From positions 2,125,133 through 2,189,132 of the forward strand of contig OZ244824.1 in assembly GCA_965220375.1 (NCBI GenBank): DNA of 64,000 nt. The letters are read 5' to 3'. Position numbers and translations under genes: made by a program. This document shows, in pieces, positions 58,280-64,000 of the stretch; within the stretch, counting starts at the first letter, position 1; every line of letters begins with the position of its first letter. The notes beneath the pieces are model-generated. The model was not told the origin of the DNA. It made no database searches and worked only from the letters and a program-made list of their open reading frames with translations. The DNA comes from Dehalococcoidia bacterium (GTDB taxonomy: Bacteria; Chloroflexota; Dehalococcoidia; Lucifugimonadales; JAGWBF01).

Positions 58280-58789
58280 ATGGTCAACCAGTCGCCGGCC
58301 AAGCTGACCCCCCATGCTGTCCTGGGCGAGATGCTGAAGAACGAGATCACCCATGTGGTGTGTCTCCCCGACAGCGAGACCAACTGGCTGTACATGCTCA
58401 TGGAGAAGGAGCCCAGCCTGGACCTGGTCCGCGTTGCCAGGGAAGGCCAGGCCATCTCCACAGCCTCGGGCATATCCGTGGGCGGCAAGAAGCCCGTTGT
58501 GCTCATCCAGAACACCGGCCTCATGGAGAGTGGAGACTCTATTCGGGGATGGGCTATGGGCCTCAACAGGCCCCTGGTGCTCATCGTGGGATACCGAGGC
58601 TGGACCCGAAAGGGCGTAACCCCCGACACCGCCGCTGTCTATACAGAGCGGTTTCTGAACGCATTCAACATCGACTACTACCTGGTCGAGTCCGACGAGG
58701 ATGTTTCCCGGATCTCCCTAGCATTCAGCGAAGCAAAGAAGAAGAACCAACCCGTGGCTGTGCTGATAGGCGTGGAGTACGAAAGTTAG
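58280..58789 (+). CDS. ThDP-dependent decarboxylase, alpha (N-terminal PYR-domain) subunit; sulfopyruvate/phosphonopyruvate decarboxylase-like
   Basis: 169 aa ('VVCLPDSETNWLY', 'VLIQNTGLMESGDS'), with a separate beta subunit downstream. Confidence 0.7.
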   Translation: MVNQSPAKLTPHAVLGEMLKNEITHVVCLPDSETNWLYMLMEKEPSLDLVRVAREGQAISTASGISVGGKKPVVLIQNTGLMESGDSIRGWAMGLNRPLVLIVGYRGWTRKGVTPDTAAVYTERFLNAFNIDYYLVESDEDVSRISLAFSEAKKKNQPVAVLIGVEYES

Positions 58790-58819
58790 GCCCTCCTCCT
58801 CCTTTGAGAGACTTTTGCA

Positions 58820-58900
58820 CAATCGTTATTGCGGCGGAAGCCGCAATCCAGTCCCGGGCATTTCTGGAAACCGGCGAAAGCCGGTATGACGTTTATGACG
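58820..58900. repeat. two-hairpin intergenic element of the same architecture as the 59701 array units
   Basis: cgttATTGCGGC-ggaa-GCCGCAATcc ... aaaCCGGC-gaaa-GCCGGtatgacg is hairpin 1, a spacer, then hairpin 2 ending in tATGACG. The array units have the same design with different stems. Confidence 0.6.
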
Positions 58901-59067
58901 TTAAAGAGGGGCCGGTATGATGGCTATGCGATGGTCTTCTCGAGGGAGTGGGTTGGGGTGTGGGTGATATTCAATGGATTCGGGCACAAGTCGAAATGAC
59001 GAATGATTGCGCGAAGGTCTCCTAAGGGAGCACGCCAGGGTAAAGGACTGAATAAACGGAGGCTGAG

Positions 59068-59658
59068 ATGATCGATACCTTAGATATGCTCAGGGTGTTT
59101 GCCCAGTACCGGGGCAACTCCATCGTGATCCCCGGCAGAGGCGGGCGCCACTGGGTAACCCTGAGCGACCAGCCCAGCCGGGACCTGCCGTTGAGGGACC
59201 CGGCCATGGGGGGACATGCTTCTTTTGCTTTCGGCATGGCCCTGGCACTGCCCCAGGAGAGGGTCGTGCTGTTCGATTCCGAGGGCGATATCATCATGAA
59301 CATGGGCGCCCTCACCACCATTGCAGAGAAGGCGCCGGAGAACTTCTACCACTTTCTTCTGGACAACGAGTGCTACGCCACCACGGGCGGGCAGGCCATA
59401 CCCAACGCCACCCGCACAGCCTACGATGTGATCGCAAAGGGAGCGGGCTACCGGGCTGCCTACGCCTACGACGATTTGGAAGAGCTGTCCAACGACATGG
59501 AGCGGATACTATCGGAGCCAGGGCCGGTGCTGGTGGCGATGAAGGTGAAGCCGGAGATAGAGACCCTCGCCATCAGTGCCAGGCCTGCGTGGGTCACCCG
59601 CACCCGCGATCAGATAATCGCCGACGTCCAAGGTGAGGTAGGCGTGTCGGCCCGGTAG
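59068..59658 (+). CDS. ThDP-dependent decarboxylase, beta (PP-domain) subunit
   Basis: 196 aa with a 'GDIIMNMGAL...LLDNECY' ThDP-binding motif. Confidence 0.7.
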   Translation: MIDTLDMLRVFAQYRGNSIVIPGRGGRHWVTLSDQPSRDLPLRDPAMGGHASFAFGMALALPQERVVLFDSEGDIIMNMGALTTIAEKAPENFYHFLLDNECYATTGGQAIPNATRTAYDVIAKGAGYRAAYAYDDLEELSNDMERILSEPGPVLVAMKVKPEIETLAISARPAWVTRTRDQIIADVQGEVGVSAR

Positions 59659-59700
59659 GGCATAAGGTGCTCACCGACACTCTATCCTGGCCTAGGGCCG

Positions 59701-60245
59701 CGACTGCTCCACCGTCACTCCCCCGACTGCTCCACCGTCACTCCCGTGAAGACGGGAGTCTATGTGGATGAAGGGCCGCCCCCCAGGGCCTGTAGCAAGA
59801 GGGAATAGATACCCGCGTTCGCGAGCATGACGGAATAGCTATCGTCACTGCCGCGACTGCTCCACCGTCACTCCCGTGAAAACGGGAGTCTACGTGTGTG
59901 AAGGGCCGCGCGCTAGGGCCTGTAGCAAGAAGGGAATAGATACCCGCGTTCGCGAGTATGACGGAATAGCTATCGTCACTCCCCCGACTGCTCCACCGTC
60001 ACTCCCGTGAAAACGGGAGTCTACGTGTGTGAAGGGCCGCGCGCTAGGGCCTGTAGCAAGAAGGGAATAGATACCCGCGTTCGCGAGTATGACGGAATAG
60101 CTATCGTCACTGCCGCGACTGCTCCACCGTCACTCCCGTGAAGACGGGAGTCTATGTGGATGAAGGGCCGCCCCCCAGGGCCTGTAGCAAGAGGGAATAG
60201 ATACCCGCGTTCGCGAGCATGACGGAATAGCTATCGTCACTGCCG
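59701..60245. repeat. tandem array of four 130/131-bp multi-hairpin units (plus a 23-bp partial leader copy) in variant order A-B-B-A; non-coding
   Basis: Unit starts (cgactgctccaccgtcact) lie at 59724, 59854, 59985 and 60116, with a partial copy at 59701. Units 1 and 4 read identically, as do units 2 and 3. No ORF of 60 aa or more is present. Confidence 0.9.
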
Positions 60246-60289
60246 AGCACCCCCGCGCGTGCTGCAGGGGCAACTCTTGTGCCCGCCCC

Positions 60290-61489
60290 CTATGCGCGGA
60301 TCTCGTTCTTCATTTGTCTGATCCTTCCGGCCAGGTTCCTGACTTGGGCCAGCACATCATCGAAGGAAACATCCAGGTCGAGGGCGGCTACTTCGAGGCG
60401 CTTGCCTGAATGCCGGACGTGGTATATAGCAGGTTCGGCTTCACCCTTGGCGTAGATGAGCAGTCCTCCGGGCAAGTTGGCAGCTGTGGTGTAGGCTAGG
60501 AGCTGGTAGAGATCGGCGTTGGGCATCCGCACATCGTAAAGGTTCTTGTACTTGGCATCCCCTACGAACACGCACTTCTTCCCCTGTTGCCATGCCAGGT
60601 CGGGCTTGAGGTGGATCCTGCCACCTTTGTCCAGGCTGTCCATGATCCGTTCGCCGAAGTCCCCCTCGAAAGGATGGAGGGCTTCCCGCAGGGCCTCGGT
60701 AACGAACTCCTGGAAGACCACGTTCATGTCTATGAGGAACCCCGACGCCCTCACCTCGCCCCTCTGGGCCTCAAAGGAGGTGTGCCGCAGGATGAGACGC
60801 GCCAGTCCTATGACGTTGCCGTAATGCTCGTTGAGCCGATGTAGCGGTACGGCAGGCACATTTCCGGGCGCATACTCGGCCAGCCCAACGTTGTCGAGGA
60901 CTGCCCCAATCCACCCAAGGCCCACGCGGGCATTCCTGTTGCGCAAGCGCATCCGGCTGAGCCTATGGGCCGCTGCCTTAACCAGGCGGTTCTCTGGAAT
61001 GTCTTCGGTGTACTCGTCATAACGGACCTCGACAGGCAGGGGAACGCCGAACCTGCGCCTTATCTGTTCGGCGAACATGATGCGCCCCCGCACGGTGAGC
61101 TGCGCCTCTTCTTCGGTGACGTAACCCCGGTACACTCCCCGTCCGAAGGCTTGGCGTGCCGCTTTGCCTAACGCCAGCGCCAATATGTCTGGCAGGGCGT
61201 GCGCCTCAGGGTAGTCGAACAGCCCTTCCTGGGGTCTGAATGCGCCCATGGCGTAGCAGACCATGGACAAGAGCTGGGGTATGCCAATCTTGGGCTGGAT
61301 CAGCACCGACAGGTTGCCAAGCTCGACCGCGCCGACGGTGGAGCCGGGCCTCAGAATGTACGAGTCTTGCTCACCGGGTACGGGTGTGGCTTCTAGGCCG
61401 CCGATTGTCGCGAGGAGGGCATCGCGCTCCGGCGCAGCAAGCTGGAACGGGTCGCTCCGTTCATACTCCCGCAGGCTGATCTCACGCAT
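60290..61489 (-). CDS. mcrC: McrC-like nuclease subunit of a type IV (McrBC-type) restriction system
   Basis: 399 aa with a C-terminal PD-(D/E)xK-like 'LKPDLAWQQGKKCVFVGDAKYK'. Immediately downstream of the McrB-like gene. Confidence 0.8.
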   Translation of the reverse strand: MREISLREYERSDPFQLAAPERDALLATIGGLEATPVPGEQDSYILRPGSTVGAVELGNLSVLIQPKIGIPQLLSMVCYAMGAFRPQEGLFDYPEAHALPDILALALGKAARQAFGRGVYRGYVTEEEAQLTVRGRIMFAEQIRRRFGVPLPVEVRYDEYTEDIPENRLVKAAAHRLSRMRLRNRNARVGLGWIGAVLDNVGLAEYAPGNVPAVPLHRLNEHYGNVIGLARLILRHTSFEAQRGEVRASGFLIDMNVVFQEFVTEALREALHPFEGDFGERIMDSLDKGGRIHLKPDLAWQQGKKCVFVGDAKYKNLYDVRMPNADLYQLLAYTTAANLPGGLLIYAKGEAEPAIYHVRHSGKRLEVAALDLDVSFDDVLAQVRNLAGRIRQMKNEIRA

Positions 61490-61491
61490 AG

Positions 61492-63087
61492 CTAACCTGT
61501 GCTGCCGGAAGGCCCGTCATGGGGGGCACCTTGCTCGGTGGCTCCATTGGCCTCCCCAAGCACAGAGGTGTTGGCCGCCCGTAATGCCTCTAGGTTGAAC
61601 TCCTTTAGGCGCTCCGGCTGGCCGTGTAGAAGCTCCGAGATGTAGGGAAGTATGTTGTGCTTCCAGATGCGCTTGACCGACTCCTCAGTGAGGTTGTCCT
61701 TCATGAAGTAGCTGGGGCCGATGGCGGCGTCCCGGTCCTTTTGCAGGAGCGCATTCACCTTATCCACGACATCGGCGACCCATTCCAAGCCCGAAGCATT
61801 CTCCTTCAAGAATCGGTTAAGTACGCTCTTCACTGGCTCTTCGTCGGGGTGGAACTCGACGAAGTGAAACCGCCTTCTCAGCGCGAGGTCCACCAGTGCA
61901 ATGGAGCGGTCGGCGGTGTTCATGGTGCCGATGATGTACAGATTCTGGGGCAGAGAGAAGGGCTCGTTCGAGTACTGGAGGGACATCTCCCTGTCCCGGT
62001 ATTCCAGCAGGAAGTAGAGCTCGCCAAACACCTTGGCCAGATTCCCCCGATTTATCTCGTCGATGACCAGGAAATGTTTCTTGTCCGACTCTTTCTTCGC
62101 ATTGTCAGCAGCCCGTTTCAGGGGGCCTTCCCGCAACTCGAAGCCGGCCTGTCCATTAACGAGTGAGGGGCGAAATCCCTGCACGAAGTCCTCGTAGGCG
62201 TAGGATGGATGGAACTGGACCAGGGTTACCCGTTGCGTCGAGCCAGCCAAGCATTCCGCCAGTTCCTGAGCAACGTAGGTCTTGCCCGTCCCAGGCGGCC
62301 CCTGGAATATGACCTGCTTCTTATCCTCCAGCAGCTCGACGATCTCCTCCAGGAACTCCTCGGTGAGGTAAGTGCGCTGGCCTAAGTCTGCCAGGTCGGG
62401 CGCAAACACCTGTTCCGGACCCTTCTGCTTATCCTCTTCATCGCCGCCGTTCTTGACTACTTCAATATCGGATGGGAGCATCCATAGCACCGATTGAGCG
62501 TCGAGGCGGTGCCTAAGTTTGACTCCTCTCTGTTCTGCTTCCTGGATGAACCGGTCGAGGAAGCCGAGGGCGTGCTGATACAAGGTCGCCTCGTCCATAT
62601 AGCCATCGGGTCTGCTGTATCCGGTGAGCTCATACGCTTTATTAAATACCCTGATTCTAAATGGCGGATACAGGTAAACGTCGGACGCCATCAGCAGCAC
62701 AGAAATAACAGTGGTACGAATCCCAAGTGCACCTCTCACGGCTGTGCGTGGGAAGTTGTGGCAAAACTCGCGGATTCGCTGATCTACGGATGTTCGGTCT
62801 TGCCTCCACAGACTCTGAAGTGCCTCCAAAGCTTCACTGGAATGATTAGCGCACCAATCGCTGATTTCAGCTATTGTTCGAAAGTTCATGGGGTGCCCAG
62901 GCCTAGCTCTCATCGCGTGCTTCAAATGGCTGGGCCATCCGCTTGCACCGTTTATCACACTCTCCTGGGCTGAGGCGAGTTCTTGGCCCATCTTCACCTT
63001 GTAGCCTATTTCTTCCTCTTCTAACCGGCCGTTAGCTATAGACTCGTTTGCTCGCCTAACTAACGCATCCCAAGTTGAATTATTCAT
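61492..63087 (-). CDS. mcrB: McrB-like AAA+ GTPase subunit
   Basis: 'VIFQGPPGTGKTY', 'FHPSYAYEDFVQGFRP', 'LVIDEINRGNLAKVFGELYFLLEYR' and 'IIGTMNTADRS' are present. The start is set at the ATG at 63087, 1 nt after the upstream stop; the ORF extends to 63135. Confidence 0.85.
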   Translation of the reverse strand: MNNSTWDALVRRANESIANGRLEEEEIGYKVKMGQELASAQESVINGASGWPSHLKHAMRARPGHPMNFRTIAEISDWCANHSSEALEALQSLWRQDRTSVDQRIREFCHNFPRTAVRGALGIRTTVISVLLMASDVYLYPPFRIRVFNKAYELTGYSRPDGYMDEATLYQHALGFLDRFIQEAEQRGVKLRHRLDAQSVLWMLPSDIEVVKNGGDEEDKQKGPEQVFAPDLADLGQRTYLTEEFLEEIVELLEDKKQVIFQGPPGTGKTYVAQELAECLAGSTQRVTLVQFHPSYAYEDFVQGFRPSLVNGQAGFELREGPLKRAADNAKKESDKKHFLVIDEINRGNLAKVFGELYFLLEYRDREMSLQYSNEPFSLPQNLYIIGTMNTADRSIALVDLALRRRFHFVEFHPDEEPVKSVLNRFLKENASGLEWVADVVDKVNALLQKDRDAAIGPSYFMKDNLTEESVKRIWKHNILPYISELLHGQPERLKEFNLEALRAANTSVLGEANGATEQGAPHDGPSGSTG

Positions 63088-63088
63088 C

Positions 63089-63589
63089 CTAAAGCTCGTT
63101 CCCTTCCGTGATCTCCCGGAATCTAGGCTCCTCAAGAGCGCACAATGCGTGGCTAGAGAATCTGGGAGAGGTTATGACTTTCTCCAAATCCTTCCAGCGA
63201 ACGTGTAGGAAGTAGGCATGGTCTTCTGGAAATGGACCCGCCTGCTCCTGTGCCATCTCCCGGCTATAGAAAGGATGCCCTGTAACCTCTCCCATTCCAA
63301 TCACGCTGCCTATTCCACGGCGGGCCAAGATCTTGTCTCTGGCTTTGACCTTGTACCAAAAGCACTTCAACTGACGTAGGCCATGGGCCCCCCATGGCTT
63401 TTTCTCCCCTCGTTCAATTCGCCGGGGTGCCTCCAGCCAATACATCTCCTCCAATTGCTGTGGTGAATCAAACTGCCCAACGTTCCATCCTATGGATATG
63501 ACACCTTTGGACTTGTCATAGCTCCATACTTGGTCGAAGTGGCCGCGGGCGTCGTTGGCTATAGGGGCCATTATCCAGTAATTAGGCAT
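63089..63589 (-). CDS. PUA-like (EVE/ASCH-type) domain protein, putative modified-base reader encoded separately from McrB
   Basis: 166 aa. The start 'MPNYWIMAPI...' and 'FWYKVKARDKILARRG.GSVIGMGEVTG' resemble the EVE-like beta-barrel layout. It is the first gene of the mcrBC operon. The assignment is tentative. Confidence 0.4.
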   Translation of the reverse strand: MPNYWIMAPIANDARGHFDQVWSYDKSKGVISIGWNVGQFDSPQQLEEMYWLEAPRRIERGEKKPWGAHGLRQLKCFWYKVKARDKILARRGIGSVIGMGEVTGHPFYSREMAQEQAGPFPEDHAYFLHVRWKDLEKVITSPRFSSHALCALEEPRFREITEGNEL

Positions 63590-63731
63590 ATCGTCCTCTT
63601 CAGAGCTTCATGAAGGGTGTGACTCTGGTCCCTCGCGCATATCCTTTTCATCCCTCACATATAGGAAGACTGGAAGAGGGGCGCTACAAATGATTGAGCG
63701 ACGGTAACTTGAAGGCCCTTCCCGCCACCCC

Positions 63732-64000
63732 CTAGTGGGCGACGTTGAGCTTGCCCTGCTCGGCCATGAAGGGGTTGCCTGCGAAACGCTCCCGCATGGC
63801 AATGGATGCATCCCAGCCCCGCTCCTTGAAGTCGGTCAGGAACTGCCACCCCGAGGCGTTCATGGCCATGACCATCTCGTAGGGATGGCGCACCTCGCAC
63901 ACGCCAATCTCCTTGGCGAGCTGGTAGTTCATCCATGCCGCGGGCACGGTGCAGGGCACGTTGACCTCCCTCAGCACCGTCTTCACATCCTCGGCATTCT
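63732..64000 (-). CDS. partial CDS (C-terminal end; continues beyond the window), unassigned
   Basis: The reading frame is open to the window edge ('...VKTVLREVNVPCTVPAAWMNYQLAKEIG...'). I do not recognise a family. Confidence 0.4.
   Translation of the reverse strand, partial: NAEDVKTVLREVNVPCTVPAAWMNYQLAKEIGVCEVRHPYEMVMAMNASGWQFLTDFKERGWDASIAMRERFAGNPFMAEQGKLNVAH

Noticed and set aside
59701-60245. Possible CRISPR array
   Set aside because: The repeat period is 130-131 bp with no unique spacers; the whole unit repeats. Each unit contains several internal hairpins, and no cas genes are nearby. It is reported as a tandem structured repeat instead.

Overview
This is a 64 kb high-GC bacterial chromosomal window. 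All calls come from reading the ORF translations and the DNA by eye; no searches were run.

Taxonomy is inference only. The gene content points to a Chloroflexota (Dehalococcoidia/SAR202-like) organism: many acyl-CoA dehydrogenase, CoA-transferase, LLM-oxidoreductase and amidohydrolase genes, an archaeal-type FBP aldolase/phosphatase, and a T-box-controlled ilv-leu operon.

Core content:
- two acyl-CoA dehydrogenases, RidA, HIT and YqeK-like HD genes, an aminotransferase and gyrB
- a T-box(Leu)-controlled ilvB-ilvN-ilvC-leuA-leuC-leuD operon
- moaC-moaA, rdgB, fbp, a methylmalonyl-CoA mutase large subunit, pyrF, sfsA and tRNA-Ile(GAU)
- a catabolic block: CoA transferase, MBL hydrolase, an acyl-AMP ligase-ACP-PlsC fusion, ADH, a BNR propeller, amidohydrolase, dienelactone hydrolase, amidase, LLM oxidoreductase and a split ThDP decarboxylase

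Accessory or unusual content:
1. Two genes are interrupted by in-frame TGA exactly at redox-motif positions: U-G-S-C at 10674..10676 and U-P-T-C at 45588..45590. Each has a downstream stem-loop, so both are probable selenoproteins that ORF callers split.
2. An AT-richer two-gene island encodes an AIPR abortive-infection-like protein plus a small acidic protein (12117..14275).
3. A three-gene type IV restriction-like module, PUA/EVE-like + McrB + McrC, lies at 60290..63589.
4. Directly beside the McrC 3' end is a non-coding tandem array of four 130-131 bp multi-hairpin units in an A-B-B-A variant order (59701..60245). It is not a CRISPR.
5. Three separate accessory cassettes are each bracketed by imperfect 120-180 bp direct repeats that duplicate the end of a neighbouring gene. 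One of them is a DUF433/PIN-like toxin-antitoxin pair that carries a copy of the mutase promoter and start region.
6. Other items are a family of hairpin intergenic repeats, decayed regulator fragments, a lipoprotein with three near-identical 258-bp modules, and a small protein built of 11-residue hydrophobic repeats.
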